From the NCBI GenBank assembly GCA_023416855.1, contig JAEZGU010000316.1, positions 83,270-147,269 of the forward strand: a stretch of 64,000 bases of DNA. The letters are read 5' to 3'. A program made the position numbers and the translations under genes. Shown piece after piece: positions 10,033 through 20,520 of the stretch. Each line of letters starts with the position of its first letter. Position 1 is the stretch's first letter. Source of the DNA: Bacillota bacterium. GTDB taxonomy: Bacteria > Bacillota > Clostridia > Tissierellales > Sedimentibacteraceae. Under the pieces are notes generated by a model. It had not been told where the DNA came from. It saw only the letters and a program-made list of their open reading frames with translations, and made no database searches.

Positions 10033-10062
10033 ATTTTACCATGTGACGGCTGAATTTGTCAA
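10033..10062 (-). promoter_or_regulatory. sigmaA-type promoter
   Basis: TTGACA-18-TAAAAT, TG; operator-like CGTAAAATAA at 10070. Confidence 0.7.
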
Positions 10063-10254
10063 TAACTTTCGTAAAATAAATTTGTAATTTGTATAATCGT
10101 TTATAATTGGTTTTAGGCTTGCATCTGGACGGCTAAATGTAATTAGTCATAGAGAATATATAAAACCGTTTAAAACAAGAAATAAAGCCTTGCAGACTAT
10201 CACCTGAACGCAAGGCTAATTTGTTCATAAATACAACAATTCATTCAAATTATA

Positions 10255-10560
10255 TTACCAATAAACAGATTGTCTTTTTATAAAATCCTGTACTTCTGCA
10301 ATATCCCAGACTTCTTTCTCCCATTCATTTATAAATGTAGCATCTACTAAATTAAAATTAACTGTAATACCTTCTTTAATTAACTTGTCGAGATATGAAC
10401 CATGCCAATAAATTTCTATATGATAATAGTTATTTTGATTATCTACAACAAACCAACTTTTGTTTTTTATTAAGCATAGTTTTAATTGCTTTTCCTCTAA
10501 TTCTTGTATTATATTTTTAAAATTAACTGTAATTTGATTTTTCATTATATGACCCTCCAA
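10255..10560 (-). CDS. hypothetical phage protein
   Basis: GGAGGG SD. Confidence 0.65.
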   Translation of the reverse strand: MEGHIMKNQITVNFKNIIQELEEKQLKLCLIKNKSWFVVDNQNNYYHIEIYWHGSYLDKLIKEGITVNFNLVDATFINEWEKEVWDIAEVQDFIKRQSVYW

Positions 10561-10780
10561 TATTTGTTATTATTTTACAGTACACAAAAGGCTGATTTCA
10601 TTTAGTTATTTTTTAACAAATAACTATATATCTTTTCTAACCTAACTTCAATATTCGCTTGTTGTTTCTCTGTCAAATTATATTTGTTTCGTAAAAAGTC
10701 ACTAACATATGGTTTTTCTTTTCTTATAAAGGCTTCATCCTTAATAATGTCTATCATAAAATTTATAGCATCTTCTTTTT

Positions 10781-11239
10781 TTATAATTTTACCTCCTTTA
10801 ATTCTGGAAAATCAATTAATGCCATATCTGTATATCTATTCGGAAAATGAATATTTTCATTGTTTACATAGTCATCTGACTTAATTACTTTTCCTGTGAC
10901 TTCTAAACCATCAGCACAAGGTTCACATACATAACCACTAAATACTAAATATTTTCCATGTGCATTATTCCAACGTTTACCCTTAATATAATTTGTTTGG
11001 TGAAAACTATCACATAAACAACATTTATGTATATGGGCATCATAGAATTCATTAGCGTATTTTTCGGCTGCTTCATAACTTAACATTGAGTCACATATAA
11101 GCTTAAAACCATCGTTTAAAAGCTTCTCTTGCTTCTTGAATGTTAATTTATTATCATCAATTATAAAGGCTTGTAAACCGTTTTCGCTGTGATTTTTTAT
11201 AAACAAATTATAAAACATTATGTCATGCCCTCCTGTCAT
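10781..11239 (-). CDS. hypothetical protein with Cys motifs
   Basis: CCLCD...CEPC; GGAGGG SD. Confidence 0.65.
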   Translation of the reverse strand: MTGGHDIMFYNLFIKNHSENGLQAFIIDDNKLTFKKQEKLLNDGFKLICDSMLSYEAAEKYANEFYDAHIHKCCLCDSFHQTNYIKGKRWNNAHGKYLVFSGYVCEPCADGLEVTGKVIKSDDYVNNENIHFPNRYTDMALIDFPELKEVKL

Positions 11240-11438
11240 TTATCAATTGTTTTAATATTTCTCTATCTTCATTATCATTATACGGACTTTCAAGCATAGA
11301 CGCAATTGTATCCTTTTCAATAATATTTAATCTTACTGTTTTAGGTGTATCCCATTGTAGACGATTATATAATGAAACTAGATTATTACCTTCAATCATT
11401 GCTTTTAGTTTATTAACCTGTCTTGCATTTAGTTTCAT
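11223..11438 (-). CDS. hypothetical phage protein
   Basis: GGAGGT SD; promoter 11474-11502. Confidence 0.7.
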   Translation of the reverse strand: MKLNARQVNKLKAMIEGNNLVSLYNRLQWDTPKTVRLNIIEKDTIASMLESPYNDNEDREILKQLINDRRA

Positions 11439-11473
11439 TTGGATACCTCCACAATATTTATTTTATAATTAAT

Positions 11474-11502
11474 ATACTATCACAATATTAAAATAATTGC
11501 AA
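11474..11502 (-). promoter_or_regulatory. sigmaA-type promoter
   Basis: TTGCAA-17-TAGTAT, TG. Confidence 0.6.
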
Positions 11503-11732
11503 TAAGCAATATGAGATAAAAGCAAAATTTTATGCAAATATTCGTTTATACCGTTTATATAATTCTGTAGTACTTTCGTCTTGTCTTATGCCAGACCAAG
11601 AACATTTTCCAAAAGCTTTTTCAAATTTAATATAATCCCTTATTTGTTGTTTTGTAAATTTTCCCATTCTCAAAAACCTCCTATTATTTACCATGTGTAT
11701 AAAAAGACTATTTTATACAAACACTTGTTCGT

Positions 11733-12275
11733 TTAATCTTCCCATAATTTATTACCATGTAATTCTTGCTGTTGTCTCCAATTTAATTTTTCATATCTAT
11801 ATTTCATAATTTTAAAATCATCAAATGTCATGTTAAATTTTTCAAGTATTTCGTTAAATTCGTTAATATTTTTCTCTGCCTGTTCTATTCTGCTTTGTTC
11901 GTCTGATTTACTTTGTTCCTCTTTTTCTTGCTCTATTTGTGCAATTGTTTTGTCAAGTAAGTCTTCATTTTCAATATATATTTCAGATATTGTCATGCAA
12001 TCAGAAGAGTTCCAATTACTCATACCAGACTTTTTACGTTTTGTCTTAATTCTTAATGGTGAGTTATACATATATAAATCAAACTTTTGCTCCGTCAAAC
12101 TAATACCGCATTGTTCATTTATGAGATTATTTAGTCTGTATAAAGAAATAATATTTCTGCCGTTAATGGTATCATATTTATCGTAACCTTTTTTAATAAT
12201 CGGTTTATTCAAATTCTCTGTAAGTTGTTCATTTACCTTATTTATTAACTCTCTAACAGTAATATTCTTATTCAT
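11733..12275 (-). CDS. hypothetical phage protein
   Basis: AAGGAG SD; promoter 12339-12367. Confidence 0.75.
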   Translation of the reverse strand: MNKNITVRELINKVNEQLTENLNKPIIKKGYDKYDTINGRNIISLYRLNNLINEQCGISLTEQKFDLYMYNSPLRIKTKRKKSGMSNWNSSDCMTISEIYIENEDLLDKTIAQIEQEKEEQSKSDEQSRIEQAEKNINEFNEILEKFNMTFDDFKIMKYRYEKLNWRQQQELHGNKLWED

Positions 12276-12338
12276 TATTTACGCTCCTTCTGATACCGTT
12301 TAGGCATCTATGTAATAATGTCTTACTTGATAATATAA

Positions 12339-12367
12339 ATTATACGCTCATTGTTTTTATATGTCAA
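12339..12367 (-). promoter_or_regulatory. sigmaA-type promoter
   Basis: perfect TTGACA-17-TATAAT; operator-like site at 12375. Confidence 0.85.
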
Positions 12368-12626
12368 CAAGAATCGTAAAATAAATTTAGCAAATATTAT
12401 AAAGCTTTATAATTCATTTAAAACGTTCTCTGGCTCTGCCAATGTAATTATATACCATTATCATAAATAAAGCCATATAAACAAAAATACGGCTTACTGG
12501 TAGCCGTAAAATAATAACGTATATGTATAAGTTAATTACATCATAAATATAGTAAATGACTAAATTAATTTACATTATAAGCAAATAAGGATTTCATACA
12601 AACAGAATAAGAAGCTTTTAAGCTTC

Positions 12627-12866
12627 TTATTTCCAATTTCTTCTCCTGTTGTCCTCATATTCACTACAATATTTTAAATACTCAAGCCGTTCAATTCTTT
12701 TTATTAGTTTTTTGTGTTTTTCAGAATCAAAACCATATTCTCTAATCGTGTTAATGTTTTGTAATTTAGCACATTCTTCATGCAATTCGTTTATTTTTTC
12801 TTGTAATTCGCTTGCTTTTGATTTTCTATTTATCCTTAAAAAGTTTTCTCCTGTCATTTGGCTCAC
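12627..12866 (-). CDS. hypothetical coiled-coil protein
   Basis: AAGGAG SD; promoter 12901-12928. Confidence 0.65.
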   Translation of the reverse strand: MSQMTGENFLRINRKSKASELQEKINELHEECAKLQNINTIREYGFDSEKHKKLIKRIERLEYLKYCSEYEDNRRRNWK

Positions 12867-13018
12867 TCCTTATTATTAATATAAATATCTTACAATTATA
12901 ATTATAGCAGATTGATACTAAATTGCAATACCAAAATTAAATTATTTTTTGAATCACAAAAAGACTAGAATTTTTCGCTCTAGCCTGTTGTGATAAATCT
13001 TGCTTTCTATCACATTAT

Positions 13019-13393
13019 TTAATATGGTAAATCATCTTTTTCCCATATTGTATAGCCCATCTTTTTAAGCTTTTTTACTCCTTCTTGTGGGATATCAACA
13101 TCTAAGCTAATTGTATTATTGTGTATAACATGCTTTATACATTCAGAACCAACACACAATTTTTGATTATCTTTTTCAACTATATAAATATATCTAAGCC
13201 CTGAAGCTCCGCAACAATCACATACAGTTTTTATTCCTTTAGATTCAAGTAATTTATACATATTATTAATTGATTCTGCTCCACCTGCTAAAGCTGACAT
13301 TCTCGACATTTCACTAGATGATGGCATTTCGTGATATCCAACCAATTTCCATCCTGTACCAAATGCTTGTAATTGGTTCTTGTATTGTTTCAT
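13019..13393 (-). CDS. zinc-finger phage protein
   Basis: CDCCG...LCVGSECIKH; promoter 13429-13457. Confidence 0.7.
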   Translation of the reverse strand: MKQYKNQLQAFGTGWKLVGYHEMPSSSEMSRMSALAGGAESINNMYKLLESKGIKTVCDCCGASGLRYIYIVEKDNQKLCVGSECIKHVIHNNTISLDVDIPQEGVKKLKKMGYTIWEKDDLPY

Positions 13394-13502
13394 TATGTAA
13401 TCACTTCCTTTGGTTATTGATTAATAATATAATATCATACGATATAAGCAATTGCAACTATTATATTTGTATTTGTTATGAAATTTACTTTTTATTTGGT
13501 AA

Positions 13503-13796
13503 TTATAACAATTTAAATCCAATTGTAGCTGATTCTGTCTCTATTTCTAAATCACCATCAGGTGATGAAGACATTAATTCACCATTAGTTATAATATTCT
13601 CAAAATCTTCACCGACATATAGTATTTGTATTTCTTGACCTGTTGTATTATCTTGTATTGTAATGTCATTATTAACTAAATTAAAACCATTTTCCCAAGT
13701 GGTATAATATCCAATTGCACTAGCATGTATTGTAATGTTTACTGGTTTATTTTGGTTATCTTTAATCCATTTTAATGCCTTTTTATAATTTTTCAT
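13503..13796 (-). CDS. hypothetical phage protein
   Basis: AGGAG SD. Confidence 0.65.
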   Translation of the reverse strand: MKNYKKALKWIKDNQNKPVNITIHASAIGYYTTWENGFNLVNNDITIQDNTTGQEIQILYVGEDFENIITNGELMSSSPDGDLEIETESATIGFKLL

Positions 13797-13876
13797 AATC
13801 TTTTATTCTCCTATTCTGTTACGGCTTTGGACGTAACTTGCGTTTTAATTCGCCACTAATGGCGAACCCATCAACA

Positions 13877-14134
13877 TTAATCATTTCCTGCAAAACGTGG
13901 CACAAAGAAATTTTCAAACTCTTTTGTTTGCCTGTTTAAATTATTCTGTATTCCGCAAATATCATGAGAAAAATTAAAGTTGTCTGCATTTAAAAATTCC
14001 TCAAGTCTTAAATTGAATTCATTATCGGCACATTCCAAGTCCATCATGAGTGACATTCTGTCAAACATAACAATTTTCATTTCCTCTGCTCTTTTAGCTA
14101 TCTTTAAATACAATTCAAATTTATCTTTATTCAT
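13877..14134 (-). CDS. DUF6874-like protein
   Basis: LMMDL...LRLEEFLNADNFNFSHDICGI...FVPRFA motif. Confidence 0.7.
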   Translation of the reverse strand: MNKDKFELYLKIAKRAEEMKIVMFDRMSLMMDLECADNEFNLRLEEFLNADNFNFSHDICGIQNNLNRQTKEFENFFVPRFAGND

Positions 14135-14185
14135 TATTAACGCTCCTTCTCGGTACTTAGTACCGCTATGTAATTTGTTAATATA

Positions 14186-14214
14186 ATATTACCACACAAT
14201 TTATTAGATTGCAA
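14186..14214 (-). promoter_or_regulatory. sigmaA-type promoter
   Basis: TTGCAA-17-TAATAT, TG. Confidence 0.65.
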
Positions 14215-14571
14215 TATAATATTAAAATAAATTTTTTATTATTTTGTATGCCTTTATTTTCTGTTTAAAGCCTGTGATTTATGTGCATGGTTAATTATAC
14301 CATATTGGAGAATAAATCAGCTACAAATAAAAATAGCAGGGTTTACGCTCCTGCTATCTGGTTTACTAGATAGAATTTGTTATTCATTTGGTTTTTTTAC
14401 TATATCAAGCCCTAGTTCTTCTATTCTATCAAGAATAGCATTTACAGCAAGATTTACTCCAGTTGTATCTCCTTCACCCATAAATGTTGTACGCTTTAAA
14501 ACTTGTTCTAACTCTTTCACTAAATTCATAAAGTCACTTCCTTTCTATACCTTATAGAATCTCTGTTTGGT

Positions 14572-14766
14572 TTACTTTATTTCATTTAAGGTATTTCTTA
14601 ATTTATCTAAGCAAACATTGCATAAACAAACGGTATGTGAAGGATAAAACAACCTTACTTCATACATTGAGTCAATTTGCATACTTGTACTTGTTTCATC
14701 ACAAGAAACACAATTATGTATTTTTTCGTTGTCGCTATCAATTTTTCTAATATCAAACTTTTTCAT
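14572..14766 (-). CDS. small zinc-finger protein
   Basis: CVSC...CNVC; AAGGAG SD. Confidence 0.65.
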   Translation of the reverse strand: MKKFDIRKIDSDNEKIHNCVSCDETSTSMQIDSMYEVRLFYPSHTVCLCNVCLDKLRNTLNEIK

Positions 14767-14823
14767 AGTAAATACACTCCTTATTCTTTATATTTATACT
14801 TTGAACTGAATCGTCATTTCATC

Positions 14824-15534
14824 TTAACAGGCTACCTCTAAAGTATCAATATACTTTAACCCTATTTTATAGTATTGTCTTGTTGCTCTAGGCTTAAATA
14901 CTCCATATGTTCCGCAATCATCAATCTTTTTTAATGTTCCTTTTATTCCGTTTAATATTACTTTTTTACCTTCAAGTGATTTTAATAATTCCTGTTCCAA
15001 TGACATTAATTTATTAACATTTTCTGTAGTCAAGTTTCTCCAATCACCTGTAAATTGAAAACAATATAATGCCTTTATTTTAGCATATGGAATATTATTA
15101 ATATCAATATCCAAATTAGAAATAAAATCATTTGCTAAATTCCAATCCATGCAATTTTTATATTGTAACCTTACTGAACCGCCAACACTTGTAAAGTTAT
15201 TTTCTAAATATTTTATTATTTGATTTAACAATTCAATCCGTTTGTCAAATGAAAGATTTTCGTTAAAATCAATTGTCCAATATCTTTCTGGATTTTCCCA
15301 ACTTGCCCAGTAAAATAATTCATGTTCGCCATATTTTACTCTGTTGTCTTTCTTGTATTGATACATTATGTAATTTTCCTCTAAATAATCCTTAATAGTC
15401 TGAAAAGTTTCTATGCTCCTAGCATCCCTTATATCTGCATCAAATACTATCTTGTTTGCAATCTCTTGTGTAAATCCTGCTTCCCTTTGTTCTGCCCATA
15501 AATTCAAATAATACTTATCATGAATAATTTCCAT
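14824..15534 (-). CDS. hypothetical phage protein
   Basis: 236 aa ORF with AAGGAG SD. Confidence 0.8.
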   Translation of the reverse strand: MEIIHDKYYLNLWAEQREAGFTQEIANKIVFDADIRDARSIETFQTIKDYLEENYIMYQYKKDNRVKYGEHELFYWASWENPERYWTIDFNENLSFDKRIELLNQIIKYLENNFTSVGGSVRLQYKNCMDWNLANDFISNLDIDINNIPYAKIKALYCFQFTGDWRNLTTENVNKLMSLEQELLKSLEGKKVILNGIKGTLKKIDDCGTYGVFKPRATRQYYKIGLKYIDTLEVAC

Positions 15535-15786
15535 AATATAAACGCTCCTTAAATTATATTTTGGTTTTGATAGAATACCAGTTTGGTGTCATTCTTCTTG
15601 ATATATAAAATGTCCTGCTCCTGGCTTTTCTTTGCATAAAGCATCAAATAATTCTTTGGCTTTATCATAACTTTTAAATTTTTTAACGGTTTTAAATCCC
15701 TTTTTGGTATTGGTTAATACTTTTACATAGTATGTCATTTTTATAACCTCCAGATATTTATATTATGCTTATAGAGGGATTTTTTA

Positions 15787-16134
15787 TTATCCCTCTAACC
15801 ATTCAAAAAAGTTATTTAAAGCATCTTCAACGGTTTCTGTATTTGCTTCTTGTGCTGCTTTTCTTCTGTCATATTCTTCATTCATTTTTAAAGCTTCTTC
15901 GTGTCTTTTCTCTATGTATTTTTTGCGTTGTTCCTCTTTGCTTTGTTGTGCTTTTTGCTTTGCATTTTCAATTCTTTTTAATGCTCTTTGTTCGGCTTTG
16001 GCTTGCTTTACTGTATCAATTTCAATATATCCTTTTCCTAAACATTTGAAGCATATTCCGTTTGCAATATGGTCATAATGGTTTATATGTCCTTTTCCCA
16101 TGCATTGAGTACACATTGACTTTATTATTGCCAT
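15787..16134 (-). CDS. DnaJ-type zinc-finger protein with coiled coil
   Basis: CTQCMGKG...CFKCLGKG repeats; promoter 16165-16194. Confidence 0.75.
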   Translation of the reverse strand: MAIIKSMCTQCMGKGHINHYDHIANGICFKCLGKGYIEIDTVKQAKAEQRALKRIENAKQKAQQSKEEQRKKYIEKRHEEALKMNEEYDRRKAAQEANTETVEDALNNFFEWLEG

Positions 16135-16164
16135 ATTCGTTCAACTCCTTAAATAGTATAACTA

Positions 16165-16194
16165 ATTATAACATTAATAAAATAAATCTGTCAA
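16165..16194 (-). promoter_or_regulatory. sigmaA-type promoter
   Basis: TTGACA-18-TATAAT, TG. Confidence 0.8.
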
Positions 16195-16436
16195 CAATAT
16201 TTTATGATAAAATCAAGTATTTGTTTTAACTTATTACTATGTATTTTCTAAACTTAACAATCAATAAACTAGGATTGATGTCTAAATCCTCCCAACCATC
16301 TTTTTCTATTTGCTTTTGCATTAATTTTCTTTCAGCCAGAGAATCAAATTCTATAGTTTGAACCAATTCTCTTGACTCTTCCTCTTTAAGTATTTTCATA
16401 ATATTAACATTCCCTTCTTACGGCTCTATTGTTTGA

Positions 16437-16685
16437 TTATTTAATCTGTATCCATTTTACACGTTCACCATATCCAGATACATTTTTCCAATGTTCTATT
16501 GGTTCACTTCCAAGATTATTATGAATGCTAGAATAATATGTGTCTCCGTTTGTATCACTTTTTATTACTCTTATAAAAAATTCACCATAACCCTTATGGA
16601 ATGTTTTAGCCTTCTTTCTTATTTCGTCAAGGTCTTTTCCCATTGGTTCAGTTTTAACTCTATTATGTGTTTTTCTGACTGCCAT
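16437..16685 (-). CDS. hypothetical phage protein
   Basis: promoter 16729-16757; AAGAAGG SD. Confidence 0.65.
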   Translation of the reverse strand: MAVRKTHNRVKTEPMGKDLDEIRKKAKTFHKGYGEFFIRVIKSDTNGDTYYSSIHNNLGSEPIEHWKNVSGYGERVKWIQIK

Positions 16686-16814
16686 ATCAAAACCTTCTTT
16701 CTATGTAAATCATTTATCAACTGTCTATATCTTATCATATTATAAATATAATTGCAATACTTATTTTAATATTATTTTACGATTCTTTAAATATTTGAGC
16801 ATAGAATGTGCATT

Positions 16815-17135
16815 TTATTTGCTCTCAAAATAACTATATTCGGTGTTGCACTCATTACAAGTTATACAATATTTAATACTTGATTCAGTTTCTTTAGTAC
16901 AAATTAATTCTTGATTGTGTTTTTTACCACATACTGGACATACGCTATTATTATCTTCTACTATGTTGCTTTCAATAATTTCTATTTCTATGCTTTCTTC
17001 TTGTTCTTCTTCAATCATTTCTTCAATTTGTTCATCAATCCATGCTTCTAAATCAAAATCATTAATATCTGTAAAATGTTTGTCGTTTCTGATACTATTC
17101 CACATTTCGTTAAAAGTCTTTTCTCTGTCAATCAT
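16815..17135 (-). CDS. acidic protein with C-terminal zinc ribbon
   Basis: E-rich middle; CPVC...CNEC; GGAGG SD. Confidence 0.7.
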   Translation of the reverse strand: MIDREKTFNEMWNSIRNDKHFTDINDFDLEAWIDEQIEEMIEEEQEESIEIEIIESNIVEDNNSVCPVCGKKHNQELICTKETESSIKYCITCNECNTEYSYFESK

Positions 17136-17172
17136 GGCTGAACCTCCGTAAAATGATTTATTAACTGTCTAT

Positions 17173-17202
17173 ATTGTACCATATTCAAAATATAATTGTC
17201 AA
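17173..17202 (-). promoter_or_regulatory. sigmaA-type promoter
   Basis: TTGACA-18-TACAAT, TG. Confidence 0.75.
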
Positions 17203-17266
17203 CAATATTTGTTTATGAATTTAAATATTTATCATAACAAATAATAAGAGAACCTTTTCGGCTCTC

Positions 17267-17575
17267 TTAATTCAATTCAGCTTGTAAATTTTCAATATCT
17301 TTTCTAGTATACTTTGATATAAAAACTTCAATTCCATTTGGTATTAATACTATTTGTACTGATGCTCCCTTTGTTTCCTCTAAATTCATCCATCCATCAA
17401 AATCAAATTTATCTTTACCTGTCATTATTTGAGTTTCTATATAAAATTCATCTGCTACATTTACGTTGTATTTATCCATAAAATCAACTGCCTGTTTCGC
17501 TGTCTTGCATTCTTTATAATAATGTTTTATCATAATTTCGACCTCCTTTAATATCTTAATAACATTATATATCAT
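17267..17575 (-). CDS. hypothetical phage protein
   Basis: AAGGAGG SD (start likely MIKHYY, ~17533); promoter 17564-17592. Confidence 0.65.
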   Translation of the reverse strand: MIYNVIKILKEVEIMIKHYYKECKTAKQAVDFMDKYNVNVADEFYIETQIMTGKDKFDFDGWMNLEETKGASVQIVLIPNGIEVFISKYTRKDIENLQAELN

Positions 17576-17698
17576 AATATAATTTATTGCAATACTATTT
17601 ATAAATTAATTTTGCCCAAATTTAATAAGCCTATACCACATTAGTATAAGCTTAATATTGTTAATTATTTACAGTGCATAAATGTTATATTCTATTTA

Positions 17699-18094
17699 CT
17701 AATTGAATAATACATTATTACATTCTACGCTCACCCATTCAATTTTACAGCCTTGATTTTTAAGTTCCTGCACTTTATCAACAACATGTGTTTTAATAAC
17801 GTCTATAGCCTTATTAATGCCATCCTGCATATAATGTATATATGTATTAGTTACTGGATAAATACCACAATTACCAATATATTTTATTTTAGTTATCTCT
17901 ACAGCCTTTTCACTTTTATATGATGACACAAAATTTTTGTTTTTATCTGTCATAATAACAATATGCTCAACTAATACACAAGGCTTTTTATTTATTGTTG
18001 TAAATCCTGTAATTTTACTTGTTTGTTTCTTTTCTGGTCTGCCGTTCCACTCAATAAACCATTCCACAATATCCCCAATTTTAAAATCATGCAT
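17699..18094 (-). CDS. hypothetical phage protein (SH3-like N-terminus)
   Basis: FKIGDIVEW start; AAGGAGG SD. Confidence 0.7.
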   Translation of the reverse strand: MHDFKIGDIVEWFIEWNGRPEKKQTSKITGFTTINKKPCVLVEHIVIMTDKNKNFVSSYKSEKAVEITKIKYIGNCGIYPVTNTYIHYMQDGINKAIDVIKTHVVDKVQELKNQGCKIEWVSVECNNVLFN

Positions 18095-18142
18095 ATTATT
18101 TTACCTCCTAATATTTTATTAATAAAAGAAAAAGCGGTATTT

Positions 18143-18409
18143 TTACCGCTCAATCATTGATTTTATTGTGTAGTAATCTGATTCACTAACATTAGAGAAT
18201 TTATATATTGTATTTTGTGTCTCTATAGTAATGGATAACCCTCCTATTGCCTTATGTCCTTCTAAATCAATTTTATTGACTTTTGATGTAACATGCTGTG
18301 TTTTACCACCTATAGTGTTAATTATGTATTTAGCAGAGTAACCAATATCAGCTATAACTCCTATTGGATTATTAATAGTAATCTCTTTTTTAGTTAATGT
18401 ATCAGTCAT
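18143..18409 (-). CDS. hypothetical phage protein
   Basis: AGGAGG SD; promoter 18452-18480. Confidence 0.7.
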   Translation of the reverse strand: MTDTLTKKEITINNPIGVIADIGYSAKYIINTIGGKTQHVTSKVNKIDLEGHKAIGGLSITIETQNTIYKFSNVSESDYYTIKSMIER

Positions 18410-18451
18410 AATAAAAAACCTCCTAATATATTATATTATTGGTACTCTTAT

Positions 18452-18480
18452 AGTATAATTCATAATATAAATATTGTCAA
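18452..18480 (-). promoter_or_regulatory. sigmaA-type promoter
   Basis: TTGACA-17-TATACT. Confidence 0.8.
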
Positions 18481-19018
18481 TATATTATTTAAAATTAGCA
18501 TGAAATGCTTATTTGCTACTATCTGAACATTGCTATACCTATGTACTTATCACCTTTGTATACTTCAAAATAGGCATTATAATTCCCTGTACAATCCATT
18601 ATATCATATGCATCTATTACCTTATACCCTTTTATTTTACGCTTGTTTTTAATCATATTTTTAACCCTCCTATATTAGTTAATGTCTGATACTTTACTAT
18701 CCATTACTAATTGTATATAGTATTCTAACTCTTTCCCTGTATATCCTTCTTTCCTTAGTTTGTTTCTTACTTTTCTTTTTATTCTTATCTGTTCCTGTTT
18801 GGTTAGTTGACATATATACATATATTTCACCTCTTTTATTTTATGATTATGTTACTATAATGATACAAAATATCAGTAACAAAGCTATACATACATTTTC
18901 AAAGGTATCACATGCCTTTTTATTCATCTGTATTGTCCTCCTGCAATTGCTTTATTAAATCGTCTATTTCCCACTGATACATTATACCGACCTCCTTTTA
19001 TATGTAATCCATAATATA

Positions 19019-19047
19019 ATATTAATTGGTAGTTTATGTTTTGTCAA
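19019..19047 (-). promoter_or_regulatory. sigmaA-type promoter (first of the early arm)
   Basis: TTGACA-17-TAATAT; operator-like CATAAAATAA at 19055. Confidence 0.65.
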
Positions 19048-19721
19048 TATGTTTCATAAAATAATTTTTGAATACTATTTGCATAATATTATTGATTTCC
19101 TTGTAACCATTGATATATCTTCATTATAAGGCTTTATCATAATAAAAGTGGTGAGCTATCCCATTTTTACCCCTGTTTTTAGTGCTAAAGTGGGTGGCTC
19201 TTTTTGTCGAATTATGTTAGATTCCACTAGGTTTGATTATTCGGACTACCCCTTTATGATTATATTACTAAATAAAAAAACGCTTAAAAACGATTTTAGA
19301 GCGTTACAATTGTATATGTAATTATATTGTGATTGTGAGTATGATATTGAGTTATATTTATACATTAACGTGTATATTATACATTGTTTATTTTTTAGTA
19401 CAATCAGTTATTTTCTGATAGGATTAATTGCATATTAATTTTATATGTATTGTATACTATATGATTTTAAAATGGAATATTTGTATATCGTAATTATACA
19501 ATATTGTTTAGTTAATTAAAGTATATTTAGCATATAGGTATGATATGTATATAAACATACTTATTGAGTATTTGTTTATATTATAGTACCTCACTATGAT
19601 TTAAAGTGTATAACTTTTATATGTTTTATTCATTAGTATTTTACTTGTATTTATCTAGTTTTAATAACTATATAATCTATTATTTATTATTAGTTAGTTG
19701 TATTATGTTTTGTCTAGCTAA

Positions 19722-19756
19722 AATACAAGGACTAGCCGACAAAGCTAGTCCTTGTA
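19722..19756. terminator. strong hairpin / probable terminator
   Basis: ATACAAGGACTAGC-loop-GCTAGTCCTTGTAT. Confidence 0.6.
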
Positions 19757-19968
19757 TCTGGATAAATTATTTATATTCGTTTCTGATTTTCTGTATGTTA
19801 ATTGTTTAATATTATATTACTATTTTTATAACTCAAAATTACTTTATTTTTGACCTCGTATAATTGATTATAACCGTTTATTTTGTATAAGGTAATTAAT
19901 ATCATTATTTGTATGGTCATGCCGTCTAAATGGATTGTAGAGCGTTCGTTATTGATAAACGATAATTT

Positions 19969-20484
19969 TTATAGTATTTGTTCATTACTTTTATAAAGCT
20001 TTGACCATGATGTCTTTTTATATAGTTCATATAATGTTTTATCAATTCTTTTACCCTTCATAAATATAAAAGGATTTATTGTATATGCTATTTTCTTTGT
20101 ACCTGTTCTGTGTTTACCAATAATTTCTTTATCTATTAATCCTGCAATAAGTCTTTCAATGTTTCTTTCGCTCTGTCTAGTTTCTTCAATAATCATTTCC
20201 TTTGTCAATACTTCTTTGTTTCGTTCTAATATTCCGTCTTCATAGTTAACATATTGCAATAGATAATATAAAAATAATGCTTCTTTACCAGATAATTTTT
20301 CGGAGAGTTCAAATAAAACATTACTAAAAACTTTTACAAATGATTCTTTTTCATTTAATGCTATAGTCTTAGCATATTTGTCTATAGAGTTTTTTCTGAT
20401 TACTCTATCACCTTCGTTTATTTCTCCAAATATTTCTCCAGTTTCTGGGTCTGCTACTACTAGTATTTTATTTTTGTCATTCAT
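19969..20484 (-). CDS. RepL-like (Firmicutes plasmid replication / winged-HTH) protein
   Basis: DPETGEI, FVKVF, HTH region, YTINPFIFMKG. Confidence 0.6.
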   Translation of the reverse strand: MNDKNKILVVADPETGEIFGEINEGDRVIRKNSIDKYAKTIALNEKESFVKVFSNVLFELSEKLSGKEALFLYYLLQYVNYEDGILERNKEVLTKEMIIEETRQSERNIERLIAGLIDKEIIGKHRTGTKKIAYTINPFIFMKGKRIDKTLYELYKKTSWSKLYKSNEQIL

Positions 20485-20520
20485 TATCTATCGTTATCCC
20501 TTCTTAATATAAATATTTTT

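Noticed and set aside
165..19809. Plus-strand ORFs in the early arm (e.g. 165, 1281, 11830, 13318, 15765, 19606)
   Set aside because: Antisense shadows or low-complexity AT-rich frames with no SD; the minus-strand genes have SDs and promoters
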